A DNA stretch of 64,000 bases from Octopus sinensis (GCF_006345805.1 NC_043003.1:98394001-98458000), one strand, 5' to 3'; shown: positions 1-12,599, counted from the stretch's first letter. A program made the numbers and translations. Notes: generated by a model not told the origin, from the sequence alone.

Positions 1-92
1 CCGCGGTGGAATTTGAACTCAGAACGTAGCGGTAGACGAAATACCGCTAAGCATTTCACCCGGCGTGCTAACGTTTCTGCTAGCTCGCCGCC
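1..92 (-). mobile_element. tRNA-derived SINE family A, head (cut by window edge)
   Basis: Minus strand reads GGCGGCGAGCTAGCAGAAACG (A box) ... GAGTTCAAATTCC (B box); same head recurs more than 15 times in the window. Confidence 0.85.
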
Positions 93-110
93 TTAAAGGC
101 ACAGAAATAT

Positions 111-367
111 TCTTTTTTACTTTAGGTACAAGGCCCGAAAGTTTTTGGGGAGAGGACCAGCCGAGTAGATCGACGCCAGTACGCAACTGGTACTTAATTT
201 AAGTCGATTATATCGACCCCAGTGCGTAACTGGTACTTATTTAATCGAGCCCGAAATGATGAAAGGCAAAGTCGACCTCAACGGAATTTGAATTCAGAAC
301 GTAAAGACAGACGAAATACTGCTAAGTATTTCGCCTGGAGTGCTTATGTTTCTGCCAGCTCGCCGTC
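111..367 (-). mobile_element. SINE family A, full copy with tail type 2
   Basis: Head, core (CCTTTCATCATTTCGGGCTCGAT..AAGTACCAG) and tail; 18-bp TSD TTAAAG[G/A]CACAGA[A/T]ATAT at 93-110 and 368-385. Confidence 0.85.
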
Positions 368-1214
368 TTAAAGACACAGATATATTGAGAGACAAATTGA
401 AAGAAGACAGAAAGAAACTTAAAAGGCAAAAAAAAAAAAAAACCCCAAAAAAACGTGAAGATAGAAAAATAGAAAGAGAGAATGACAGAAAGAAAATAAA
501 ATAAATGCACATTCCTGTATGGTGTTACGTTGGTGTTGTATCTGGCAACTGAAACACTTTGATCTTATTTAGAGGTGTATATAAGAAGTATAATCAATTT
601 CTTGCAGCTAAATTTTAACAAAATCTTATATCGACCCCTAAGGGCCATATGGATCCTGGTCGAGGACCACTATTTTAGAATTTTATTCAGCACTTTTTAT
701 GAAATCTTATTGCAAATGTCTGCTTTGTTGTTGGTCATGTAAAATCAAGATCAAGCAAATTTATAATCAGTCAATCCTGTTGCGACCATTCCTTAGTCCT
801 TTTACTTTTTTTTGGTAGTATGTAAGACTGTCACATTTAAATGTGACAACAAGTCCATTTCTAGTGTTCAGGCTCCATCGCTGCGCGCATGCGTGGGCGT
901 GTATGTGCGTGTATATGCGCGTGTGTATGTGTGTGTGTGCGTGTGTGTGCATGTGTGTGTGTGCGCGTGTGTGCACGGGTGCACGGGAGAAATATATTTT
1001 AAAACATGTTATTTTCTCCTCCTTTGTCGCTTCAATACCTCTCATCTCATTTCCTCATCCATCTTGGCGAAGTAACCCTTCCGGATGTTAACCAGTTAAG
1101 ACAGAATCACCAGATGTAATAACTTCTCCAGTTGATAGATTTCATTAATTTTCTTTCTCTTCATCTCTTTTTAATTTCTTTCTTTCTTTCTTTCCATCAT
1201 TATCAACATCAGCT

Positions 1215-1215
1215 T

Positions 1216-1246
<31 letters not shown>

Positions 1247-1480
1247 AACTACTACTACTACTACCATCACTCTTGCCGCTATTGCAGCTGTTTCTGTTCC
1301 ACCCGCCCCTCCTGTCCTCCCGCTCCGACTCCCGCTCCTCCCGCTCCTTCCGCTCCAACTCTTGCTCCTCCTGCACCTCCTCCCGCTCTTTCCGCTCCTC
1401 CTCCCCCGCCCTCCCCTCGTCGTCGTCGTCATCGTCGTCCTCCTCCTCCTCCTCCTCCTCCTCCTACTACTACTACAGCT
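1215..1480. repeat. Compound (TAC)n/(TCC)n/(TCG)n microsatellite
   Basis: Direct reading; explains the poly-L/S/V ORFs. Confidence 0.9.
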
Positions 1481-1904
1481 TCGTTTCGGTCATTTAAACT
1501 AATATTAAAGACAGATATCATAAAAGCATTAAAATTACACGCATACGCACACATCTTTCCCCTCCCTCTCTCCATCCATCAATCCATCCATCCGTCCATC
1601 CATCCATGCGTACATACATAAATCCATACACATATTATGGTGGGATCAGTGGCTGGATTTGGAAAGTGAACTGCATGCTTGACGAAGACATCAACCCGAG
1701 CGGAGGACAGCTACGTTGAAATGCGTCAAGGCAAGCGGAGCTGTGCTGGCTGGAGGTTGCGATAGAGGCATGTGCTGGAAAGACATATGAAGTACTCAGG
1801 CTTACCCCCACTCCACCCTACCCGTGGGATAAGAAGACCCTGCGGCGCTATTATGAATATATATATATATTATATATATATAATATATATATTATATATA
1901 TATA

Positions 1905-2310
1905 GTTCCTATATAGTTTCTATAACTTTTACTACCCTGATATCATTTATTATGTTTAATGATTTCTGGTAGATTCGTTCGAAGATTTTACCGGCATCCT
2001 CTTGTTGCCGACTAAAAAGACTGCACTTGCGCAGTGGATTTGAAAAAAATTAAAATGTACAAGCAATGAGTTACATGCTAGTTCGGCCTCATTGTTTGTA
2101 TATTTAACCTAAGGCACCCCCGCTGATGAAGACTTAGCCTTAGTGAATAATAATTTTTATTTACTAAAATAAGTCATGGTCCGGGAATTAGATGGTAAAT
2201 GTTTTTATTTTTCATTCCCTTCGAGAATTTACCCCTAATTAGTGGTTTGTTCTTTCTAGCGTAATGGATTCCTATAATGGAAGCCTCTTTATATGTATTT
2301 TAATGCACAC
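1905..2310 (+). mobile_element. Solo PLE pseudo-LTR (diverged relative of 19994-22582 pLTR) in (TA)n
   Basis: Shares TTACCGGCATCCT, GCGCAGTGG, GATGGTAAATGTTTTTA and GGAAGCCTCTT blocks with the pLTR at 19994-22582; (TA)n on both sides. Confidence 0.7.
2119..2185 (+). ncRNA. Partially deleted type I hammerhead ribozyme
   Basis: CCCG-CTGATGA-A-GACTTA...TAAGTC-A-TG-GTC-CGGG; helices I and II pair, the GAAAC segment is missing. Confidence 0.6.
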
Positions 2311-2322
2311 TGTATTATATAT

Positions 2323-2355
<33 letters not shown>

Positions 2356-2387
2356 TACAGTTCTAATTTAAGAGATGAGGAATTACG

Positions 2388-2498
2388 TACATTATTCACA
2401 TTATTTACATTATTTACATTTGACGGTTATTTATCCTCAAATAACAACAAACAGATGAGGACAAATAACCGTCAAATGTAAATAATGTGAACAATGTA
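2388..2498. repeat. Inverted repeat (about 43-50 bp arms) in (TA)n
   Basis: ACATTATTTACATTTGACGGTTATTTATCCTCA vs TGAGGACAAATAACCGTCAAATGTAAATAATGT; a third decayed arm at about 2522-2580. Confidence 0.8.
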
Positions 2499-2631
2499 TA
2501 TATATATATATATATATATATGTTAACAACAAAAAGATGAGAACAAATATCGTCAAATGTAAATAATGGAAATAATGTATATATATATATATTATGCGCA
2601 ACTCCATTGTCTCCCGAGACGAAAAGGATGC

Positions 2632-2715
<84 letters not shown>

Positions 2716-2732
2716 CAATATTTTATCATTCA

Positions 2733-2840
2733 CTTGTTTTAGTCAGTAGACTACGGCCATGCTGGGGCTTCACCTTGAGGAATTTTTAGTCCAATGAATC
2801 GACCCCAGTACTATTTTTTTTTTAAAACCTGGTACTTATT
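2733..2840 (-). mobile_element. SINE family B tail fragment
   Basis: Reverse complement of the family B tail CTGGGGTCGAT..CCAGCATGGCCG.. Confidence 0.65.
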
Positions 2841-4110
2841 CGAAATGGAGACATAAAAGATCAAGTTGAGCCCGGACACCCAGTATTCTGCTTTAGAAGC
2901 GTATTAATTTGAGTCCGTTAAATACAATTTACTTCTTTCGTTGTCTAATTTATACTTTAAGTATACATTTAACTCGTCTTCAGAAAACCGGAAATACAGA
3001 AATCGGGTCCACTTCCGTATATTTGGTCCTGTACTGTAATAGCATAAAATCTCAGATATATACTGAAGTCGGAATATCGAAACGTTGTAGTGGTTATCTT
3101 TTTCCGGTAGCCATTAGGAATTTATTTATCAGGGTTGTTTTCCTTACCTCATCAACCGTCTTGTTCGTTATATTAATTCTCGGACAAAATGTCTTGCAGA
3201 GTTATTTCAGTACTTGCGAACGAGAGATGAACAGCACGAATTTAGGGATGGGTAAATCCGGATTGTAGATATGGCGGGTGTCTGGGAAATATCGTCTGAT
3301 TGATTAACCGTAACAGACAGCATAAGTCCAAGGGACGGGGCATAAATTCCTACTGGACTGAACTGCTGACAGTCTTTGGAAGACTGTGTTAATTAATCAT
3401 TATCAAAACAGCTTTCCCTAGCTAAATAAAAGTTCTTCAATGTTGATATGAAAATAGGTACTCCTTACGGTTTACTACGTTTGAAATTTAGTTCAGTTTT
3501 ATTTTTTCCCTGGATAGTGGTCGTGGTGATGGTTGAAGTAAATTCTAAGAACGAATCTTAATCGTGACTTAAGTTTAATCCTTTAAAGAATCCTTAGAAG
3601 AATTAATTTTATTTTATTTTTAAATATGATTCCTTCGAATGGAAGTGGAAGTGTTCATGCGAAACTCAATGGAATTACTGTTGATCTTCTGGAAGGAAGT
3701 AGGGATAGTTTTCTATGGATTATTCCGCTCGGATTGTTTTAAAAGAAAAGCTTTCATTAAAAGTTGATATCAACAGAGGTATTAATTAATATTCATAAGT
3801 TCAAAAGCCTTAGAATATTCTTTATTTTATGTTAAATTGGAAATATGCGCCGTGTCGGTGTCACAGATATAGCCATACATTTAAGAAGTTGTTTTCTACC
3901 GCGTGGTATCGGGTTCGATTCCACGATACGCCATCTTGAGCAAGCAAGCAAGCGTCTTCTTTTGTCGTCTTTGTTGGATCAATGCCGTGTCTGTGGAATT
4001 TAGTAGGCAATAACTCTACCGAATTATATGTGTATATGAGAATATGTGCGTGCTTATGTGTGTATGAGAGAGAGAGAGACAGTGTGTGAGTGTGAGTGTG
4101 TGTGTTTGTT

Positions 4111-4394
4111 CCTTCTCGAGCCATCCCTGGCCATTAAGGGCTGGTGTCCCGGTTTCCTTGGCTTATAGGTTCCCCACCTGGACGGGACGCCAGTCCGTCG
4201 CAGGTGAGCTGCAAGATGCAGGAGGAAACAGCGAGAGAAACTTGTGGCGAAAGAATCAGAAGTTCGCCATTACCTTCTGCCGTGGAGCTTAGGTATTTCA
4301 CTCATAAACACACACATCGCTCGGTCTGAGATTTGAACCCGCGATCCCTCAACCGCGAGTCCGCTGCTTTAACCACTAGGCCATGTGCCTCCAC
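4111..4394 (-). mobile_element. tRNA-derived SINE with V-domain-like block (family D)
   Basis: Head TGGCCTAGTGGTTAAAGC...GGGTTCAAATCTC; internal CCTGCGACGGACTGGCGTCCCGTCCAGG resembles the V-SINE domain (recalled, not aligned). Confidence 0.7.
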
Positions 4395-4794
4395 AGTGCA
4401 TGTGTGTATGTGTGTGTGTGTGTGTGTATGCATATCTTGTTTATGCAAAAAATATATTTATGTTTATTCCTTGTTTATGTAAAAAACGAAAAACAAACTA
4501 AATTTAGCGATTCGATAATTAGAGGTTGATGAAAAATGATCACTAGACTGTATTCCGTACTAAGGTTGCTAAATTTGACTAGTAATCCTTAAAGGATGTT
4601 AGACGGTCATTTCCAATGATTGGAACCAGACGGAAAAGAACGGGAACGGCACAGCTGCTTGTGCCGATAAGGAGTTGGACAACAGCTTGAGGAGTGGACA
4701 GTTTGTACCCATCGGTAGTGTAAGATTGCGCTCTTGGATTAAGATTTTATCTTTAACAAATTTATCTTTAACAACAAAAACAACAACAACAATA

Positions 4795-4910
4795 TTTTCT
4801 ACTAAAGGCACAAGCCCTGAAATTTTGCGCGGGGAGGAGATTAGTCGATTACACTGGTACCTAATTTACCGACCCCGAAAGGCTGAAAGGCAAAGTCGAC
4901 TTCTGCAGAA
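4795..4910 (-). mobile_element. SINE family A 3' fragment
   Basis: Core and tail-2 motifs, no head. Confidence 0.65.
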
Positions 4911-4911
4911 T

Positions 4912-4939
4912 CATAATAATAATAATAATAATAATAATA

Positions 4940-4989
<50 letters not shown>

Positions 4990-5037
4990 CTGATGATGAT
5001 GATGATAATGATGATGATGTTACTACTACTACTACTA

Positions 5038-5072
<35 letters not shown>

Positions 5073-5076
5073 CTAC

Positions 5077-5134
<58 letters not shown>

Positions 5135-5153
5135 GATAATAATGATAATTATA

Positions 5154-5185
<32 letters not shown>

Positions 5186-5240
5186 AATAATAATAACAAC
5201 AACAACAATAGTAATAATACTAATAATAACGATAATAATC
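4912..5240. repeat. (AAT)n/(GAT)n/(TAC)n compound microsatellite
   Basis: Direct reading. Confidence 0.9.
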
Positions 5241-5732
5241 TCCTGATGCAGTACCAGGCAGTGTCTTTCATGGCTTCTGATCTTAACTGATTGGAAGTGT
5301 TATCATGTACGTTGTTTTGTCTTGGTCTACAGCAAATATTCTGCTCAGTACTACAGATTTTCTTGTTAGTTGTTTGACCTTAACCAGTTGAGTAGAAGTA
5401 GTAGGGGAGCATCATTGCCATGTGTTAAGAGGAATTCTTTGAGGTTTGGATAATTCACCTTTGGGAACATGGGTGTTTCGTTTATCATCCTTAAACAACC
5501 CTTATTCAGGGACATTTTGAGCAGGTTGGGCTACTCGACCTGAAGAAAATTCTAACTGGGCCCCACCAACAAGGTCATGCACTGTTTATCTTGATATGAG
5601 ATCACCATGTCACGCACATATGGTTGTGATGCATGTGCCTGGTGTACCCTTATCAGACAGGTAGTCTTGATGGGTATACTGGGCTTCATATATTTTACCC
5701 CAATGTCACTTTGATGGCATGCACAGCTCACT
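5241..5732 (-). mobile_element. Unclassified interspersed retro-repeat with (ATT)n tail
   Basis: About 490 bp complex sequence between two (AAT)n tracts; minus strand ends TGCATCAGGAG-(ATT)n like a non-LTR 3' end. Confidence 0.4.
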
Positions 5733-5733
5733 C

Positions 5734-5797
<64 letters not shown>

Positions 5798-6683
5798 GTT
5801 GAAGGCAGGAGCTATTACATAAGCAATCAACTTGTTTCGTATGGTAATCAAATATTCCTCAAATCACACTTTATCATCTTCAGGAAAAAAAAAACGGAAT
5901 AAGAAGGACGCATTTAATGGTGTAATCTCTGCGATATACCCAGCCCGAAAAAAAAAAAGCAAAAGATTAATAATAGACACAGCTTGACAAAGTTTTCAAC
6001 AAGAACAATAACGGCAGCATAAAATATGAACCAAAATGAATGCAACTGATATCATAAAAAATTACGATACAATTACGATAAAATGAAATCTACTGTCCCT
6101 CTTGTTTATTGTCCCTCGTTTATTCCATACTTCTCACAATGCCTTCATATTTACTCTCTTTCTCTTGTCTTCTACCTTACTTTCCATAGCTCCCCTTCAC
6201 TCAATTTCTCATAATAATACTTTAATATGTTGTCAAGTGAGAGTTATTGATACTATTGGTCTCTACACCTTAATGTAAAGAAATAAAATCATATAATAAA
6301 TGTTGACAGTTATATTTGAATAAAATAATCGGAGCAAACAAGATAAAAAATAAATCCAACTTAAAGCTTTGTATATTAGTTGTAGGTTTAGTTGCTTGTA
6401 CTATTTTGTAGGTGTGTTCGATACTGTCTTTCAGTGTGGTGACCTCACCACTATCTCGACCTGTGTCAGATTCAATTTTTAGAAGTCTGACCAACATCCG
6501 GTTACTACCACTCCGTGTTTATTGTCTTCCGTTCATCCCCTCTCTCACGTCCAGCTTTCATATACTAGTAAATCTCTTCTTTGCGACACTATATATTTAC
6601 CACTCCTCCTTCTCTGCCTTCAGTGAGACAAACAACACCCACTTTCCGTCCACTTCGTTAAAGAGAGAAAGGCCAGTCCAAAA

Positions 6684-7216
6684 GGCGGTGAGCTGGCAGA
6701 AACGTTAGCACGCCGGGCGAAATGCTTACCAATATTTCGTCTGCCTCTACGTTCTGAATTCAAATTCCGCCGAGGTCGACTTTGCCTTTCATCCTTTCGG
6801 GGTCGATAAATAAAGTACCAGTTATGCACTGGGGTCGATATAATCGACTTAATCTGTTTGTCTATCCTTGTTTGTCCCCTCTGTGTTTAGCCCCTTGTGG
6901 GTAGTAAAGAAATAGGTATTTCGTCTGTCATTACGTTGTGAATTCAAATTCCGCCGAGGTCGACTTTGCCTTTTATCCTTTCGGAGTCGATTAAATAAGT
7001 ACCAGTTAAGCACTGGGGTCGATATAATCGACTTAATCCATTTGTCTATCCTTGTTTGTCCTATCTGTGTTTAGCCCCTTGTGGGTAGTAAAGAAATAGG
7101 TATTTAAGGCGGCGAGCTGGCAGAATCGTTAGCTCGCCGGGCGAAATGCTTAGCAGTATTTCACCTGCCACTATGGTCCCCTCTCTGTGTAGCCCCTTGT
7201 GGGCAGTCAAGAAATA
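6684..7216 (+). mobile_element. SINE family A trimer under one TSD
   Basis: Three units; TSD AGAAAG[G/A]CCAGTCCAAA at 6666-6682 and 7217-7233. Confidence 0.85.
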
Positions 7217-7791
7217 AGAAAGACCAGTCCAAAGGCTGTGTTTTTGTCGATTCTTTAATAATAAGAATAAGCCAAATCAACATCATCTTTCTATAGTCTC
7301 TGGTCAAGGATCCTGATCAACAACATTTTCCTCTCTCTCTCTCTACTCTTTTTAAAAAAAATTTCTCTCAGCTCTGGCAAAGAAGTTCGGTTAACTATAT
7401 TTTCACATTACTCTCCAATGAAGAGCGAGAGCCCATAGTGCTTGGTCTTTTTACTCCTCACTGCAATCTAACTTAACGATATTGTACAAGCCCTCCTTTA
7501 GATTGTTGCTGATGTTGTACATCATAAATTACCCTATATACTTTATCACTTCACAACTCACGTGCATGCGCGCGCAAGCACACGCACAAACAGACACACA
7601 CTCACACACATTCACACACACACAAAAACGCACACACGCACACATGAATATAAATTCAGGAGTTGTGACAGGTGAATATATAGTTATCTATTTAAGCGCG
7701 TGCCTTACTTAGGATTAGATCCATTTTGCAATCTTCTTTATGTCGTATTAATTTTCCCATGGAAGAAATTATTCATACAGATTTGTAATAA

Positions 7792-8189
7792 TCTTTATAT
7801 ATAAAAGTGAAGTTGTGTGTCTGTCTCCTACGATTTAGATTCCTAACTACTCCCACATTTTGCGGTGCAGTTTAACCAAAAGCGGGTATCTTATAGTCGT
7901 GATTCATATCGAACCCTTCTGGGTATTAGCGCGCGTCTACGATGAGTCTACGATTTAAAAAATAATTTACCATCATTTTTTTTTCCATTTTAATGCATTT
8001 TTTCGCTATTATATAAAGAAAGTAACTCTCTAAAAATGTCTACGATGAATCAACGATTTAAAAAAAAAATTACCATAATTTTTTTTCATTTTTAATGCAT
8101 TTTTTGCTACTTTTTGGCTATAACTCTCTAAAAATGCTTATATAGTTATTTCCCTTACAAACCCGAGCAACGCCGGGCGATACTGCTAG
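7792..8189 (+). mobile_element. Non-autonomous Helitron
   Basis: A|TC start, subterminal hairpin CCCGAGCAACGCCGGG, CTAG|T end; second copy at 63412-63969. Confidence 0.85.
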
Positions 8190-8475
8190 TATACAATAAA
8201 ATTGTATATTCACAAATTAATGCAAATAAAAAAAGCCAGTTCATATCCCCGGAACATCATGGACAGACCAACACTTCGACTCATTAGTTATGAATATATA
8301 TACTATTTTCTTGAAGTCATTATTATAACAATTGTCTGATGAACGATGACGGGAAACACAGACTAAGAGTTAGCAAAGTTTTTTCTGCTTCAATAAAATA
8401 GTATTAGAGTCTAGCTTTGGTATTCAAGTACCATTTTTCTTCTACCTTGTTTCGCAACTGTGTGCTCACGTGTGC

Positions 8476-8730
<255 letters not shown>

Positions 8731-8858
8731 GTATGTGTATTTTTCTTGTTTCAGTTGCGACCGTGCTGGGTTAGCGGCTTCAAGAATTTTAGGTGAGCGA
8801 ATCGACCTCTGTACTTATTTTAACGGTCTGTTTTGCCGAACAGTCAAGATTACAGGGA

Positions 8859-9195
8859 CAGGAGTGGATGTGTGGTAAGTAGCTTGCTTACGAACCACAT
8901 GGTTCCGGGTTCAGTCCCGCTGCATGGCACCTTGGGTAAGTGTTTTCTGGGCCGACGAAAGTCGTGTGAGTGGATTTGGTAGACGGAAACTGAAAGAAGC
9001 CCGTCGTATATATATATATATATATAAATACAAAATGGGACTAGAACGCAACATCCAAAAAAGGGACAACAGAACCTCCAAATAGACGATAAAAAGAAAA
9101 GAAGGAAAGGTCATTCGGAGTTTTCTTTCCTAAATCGAGTTCCAGATTATCTTTGCAATTTCGGGTGGTCTGTGTGTCTGTGTGATTGTGTGTGT

Positions 9196-9243
<48 letters not shown>

Positions 9244-9480
9244 TGTGTGTGTGTGTGCGTGTGTGTCTGTATTTGCCCCCACAACATCGCTTGACAACCG
9301 ATGTTGGTGTGTTTACGTCCGCGTTGTTAGCTGTTCGGCAAAAAGAGACCGATAGAATAAGTACCAGGCTTACAAAGAATAAGTCCTGGGGGTCGATTTG
9401 TTCGATTAAAGGCAGTGCCCCAGCATGGCCGCAGTCAAATAACTGAAACAAATAACAGACTAAAAAATAAAAGAATACCA
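8859..9480 (+). mobile_element. SINE family B (CORE-like, internal microsatellite) with extra internal sequence
   Basis: Head GTGG.TGTGTGGTAAG...GGTTCAGTCCC, CORE-like CACCTTGGGTAAGTG, tail ending CCAGCATGGCCGCAGTC. Confidence 0.8.
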
Positions 9481-10017
9481 ACACCGGTCGACAAATCGTG
9501 GTCGGACACACAGACAGACAGATAGACACGTGCGCACATATATATTTCAGTGAAACTTACATGGAGCAGGTTGTGCTTATGTGTTTGTCTACTAACAGTT
9601 GTTTGAATTATAAATATATAGGGTGGCTGCAAACGATTCGAGCGCAAAAAAATCCCTTGTTTTGAGGTTTAGACTTAAGTATCTTTGTTATCGATAGCAT
9701 TCATCCGGATGCATTCCCTATTTGTAGGGAGGGAGAAAAGTAAAAAGCAGAAGGTGATTTTTCTCATTTAATAAATTACATTATACTGTGTGTTGAGAAA
9801 TAAATACTGACAAGGTTAAACTGGTTTGTATGTGTTTCTTCAATGAAATTTTCCCTGGACTTACATTTAAAACAAAATTTGTATAACGTGTAATGAAGAA
9901 TTATGGTGTTCAGTTAAAAATGTCAGACTGTGAAAGACAACCGTACTTATTCACACACTCACACAAGTAAACGTACTCACATATACATATCTACATCTAT
10001 GTTTGTGTTTGTATGCA

Positions 10018-10064
<47 letters not shown>

Positions 10065-10145
10065 ATAATATATATATATATATATAATATATATATATAG
10101 ATATATTATACCATATATAATATATGTATATATATCTATATGTAC

Positions 10146-10176
<31 letters not shown>

Positions 10177-10209
10177 ATACATATATACATATATGTATAT
10201 ATATCTATA

Positions 10210-10250
<41 letters not shown>

Positions 10251-10450
10251 AAAATAAATGATATATAAACATATGCATATATACATATATGTACATATAT
10301 GTACCTACATCTATAGGTATATATACTGCATATATGGGTAAGGATACCGTGTGTGTATAAATATACATATACACACATATGTGTGTTTGTGTGTATATGT
10401 ATTATATTATATATATATAAGTATATATTTAAATATATATGTATATATAT

Positions 10451-10845
10451 TTCATTTCTAAATCTCTTAGAGAGATTTATACAGTAGCAGCACGATTAAG
10501 TGGTGGTATGTTGTCAACCTAATGTGACAGTCCCATGAAAGGGAAGAGTGCTGCTGCCATTTAGCCCTAGGAAACACCGTTTCCTGTTGGCCATGACACA
10601 TTTTCTGTGTCCTTATGTTTTCAAAGGGGGAGACAAGCATCTCCACCCACCAAAGGCACCATCCAGAAACTAGTTTCAGATGATGAGCAATGACACTGAA
10701 ACTAGTCTCTGGTTGCTGGCTTTGCTGGGTGGAGGTGCTTATCTCCCCCTTTGAAAACATAAGGATACAGAAAATGTCTCATGACGAACAGGAAACGGTG
10801 TTTCCCACGGCTAATGTCACATTCAGTTGACAACATACCATCACT
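10451..10845. mobile_element. Fold-back non-autonomous element centred on a hammerhead remnant
   Basis: Arms 10499-10679 and 10696-10845 inverted; centre ATGATGA..GAAAC-TA-GTC-TCTGG; (TA)n flanks; tail homologous to 22621-22864. Confidence 0.7.
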
Positions 10846-10889
10846 ATATGTATATATATATATATACATACATACATACATACATATAT

Positions 10890-10934
<45 letters not shown>

Positions 10935-10936
<2 letters not shown>

Positions 10937-11100
10937 CTTGTTTCTCTCCTTGTTTTTTTGTGGTATCTTTCTGTCGAAGAGCGTAGGCTCGATACGTAAA
11001 AGACTTTTTCTATTTCTATACCTGAACGCTATACTAATGCATTTGTTTGTTTGTACTCCACCTGCCTTCGTCTTTTGTTTATTTTCGTAAACTTTCCCGT
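10935..11100 (+). mobile_element. Mini HHR+tail cassette (relative of 45310-45466) in (TA)n
   Basis: Aligns by eye with the 3' end of the PLE at 43084-45466. Confidence 0.7.
10966..11003 (+). ncRNA. Degenerate minimal hammerhead ribozyme
   Basis: TCTTT-CTGTCGA-A-GAGC-GTAG-GCTC-GATAC-GTA-AAAGA; helices I and II pair, core has A6U and A14U. Confidence 0.6.
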
Positions 11101-11149
11101 TATATATATATATATATATTATATATATAATATATATTTATTTTATAGA

Positions 11150-11206
11150 AGGAGCTTCTACAGGACTAGAACTGTTTCATTCAAAAGAAATCATCAGGAA
11201 GCTCCT
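11150..11206 (-). ncRNA. Type I hammerhead ribozyme, intact core
   Basis: AGGAGCTTC-CTGATGA-T-TTC-TTTT-GAA-T-GAAAC-AG-TTCTAGTC-CT-GTA-GAAGCTCCT; 9-bp helix I. Confidence 0.85.
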
Positions 11207-11250
11207 GATGATTTCTTTTGAATGAAACAGTTCTAGTCCTGTAGAAGCTC
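11196..11250 (+). ncRNA. Mirror hammerhead copy with mismatched helix I
   Basis: Same core and helices II/III as the minus-strand copy; helix I GAAGCTC/GAAGCTC only partly pairs. Confidence 0.65.
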
Positions 11251-11333
11251 TTCTATAAAATAAATTAATTTACTTCTGCTATGTATTGAGTACCTTATTT
11301 TTACTGTGGTTAACCCCGACTCAACCCGGGACC

Positions 11334-11359
<26 letters not shown>

Positions 11360-11365
<6 letters not shown>

Positions 11366-11720
11366 TGGAAAGGAACACACGAGTTGATATATATTGAAAA
11401 ACAAGTCAAAAATAGAAAATGCTAAGATGATTTTATAGTGAATCTTTCAGTACCGGGTTCGGTCATTTTGAGACCTTTTCAACTGTAACGATTAAATAAT
11501 TAAATTTTGAAAATTTAGAAAAATTAGAAGAAAGGTTTTTTTAAAGGATACTTCCATAGTAGTGTTCAGATATATGTGGCATTCTGCCTTTCTCTGACTC
11601 CCTTGTTTGCACTTGTGTATTCGAGGTCGTTGTGAGTTCTTGGGGGGTGGGAGTGGGAAATCTGGGCTGGTCAGTGGCGACCGGCAGTCGCTGCGTAGGC
11701 GTTATACTTTAAGACATTAG
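11360..11720 (-). mobile_element. PLE pseudo-LTR-like fragment ending in (TA)n
   Basis: Carries an HHR motif about 90 bp from a (TA)n-bound end; no coding homology recognised. Confidence 0.5.
11448..11485 (-). ncRNA. Hammerhead ribozyme, U3-A8 core variant
   Basis: CAG-TTGAAAA-GGTC-TCAAAAT-GACC-GAAC-CCG-GTA-CTG; one change from GAAAC-CG-GTA. Confidence 0.7.
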
Positions 11721-11816
11721 TGGGGTAGAAGTGGAGAAGTAGAAGAAGAAGAAAAGATGACGGGTGCCGATGATGATGACGATAAGAAGAATAAGGAGAA
11801 GGAGAAGATGACGATG

Positions 11817-11916
11817 NNNNNNNNNNNNNNNNNNNNNNNNNNNNNNNNNNNNNNNNNNNNNNNNNNNNNNNNNNNNNNNNNNNNNNNNNNNNNNNNNNNN
11901 NNNNNNNNNNNNNNNN
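11817..11916. other. Assembly gap (100 N)
   Basis: Run of N. Confidence 1.
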
Positions 11917-12528
11917 ACACACACACACACATACACCTCTACTTAAAACACTATATTTTATATTTTAATTCATATTTCATTGGGCTATAAATGGATGGCT
12001 GTGTATGGATATGTATTTATATACATGTACATAAACCACAAACATGGAATATATATTTCTCGCTTCTCGTTTTCTTTCTATTTCATTCACATTCAGTCCT
12101 GACACTTTGACCATTTATATATATTATATATATATAAATATGTGTATGTGTGTGTCTGTGTATGTATGAGTGCGTGCGTGTGTGTGTGTGACAATGACAA
12201 TGAAAATAACTAATAGGCAATAGGATCCGAATAATGGCTAAGCAAGTTATATGTGTGTTACAACTAATGTAGCAAGTATTGTTGTAGATATGAAACGATC
12301 GTAGTATGTGTTTTGTCTATTTCATTCCTTATATTTTCGGATTTTTATCCGCATTTTTAGCAAGTTTCCTAAATCCAAGACCCGCTTTCAGCTTACTCCC
12401 TTATACCTGTCGAAAATTGTCTCGCCTTTAAAATTACTTTGATGTTCGGCGTTGCTGCAGAGACTCGATGGTCTGTTAAAAGAAATATGCCAAATTTGCA
12501 TATATATATATATAATAATTATATATAT

Positions 12529-12599
<71 letters not shown>

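Larger units (their letters stand above)
11136..11335. mobile_element. Palindromic double-hammerhead cassette with pLTR-like tail
   Basis: Near-perfect palindrome 11136-11265 (3-nt loop 11200-11202); tail GTATTGAGTACC resembles the pLTR end at 55212-55290; (TA)n flanks. Confidence 0.8.

Noticed and set aside
2920-3095. CTGAAGA..CGAAAG (minus) and CTGAAGT..GAAACGTT (plus) motifs
   Set aside because: Core or helix I mismatches too numerous; possible relics but unsupported
8332-8375. CTGATGA-A-CG-ATGA-CG-G-GAAAC hammerhead-like string
   Set aside because: No GUH triplet with a pairing helix I or III; no (TA)n or pLTR context
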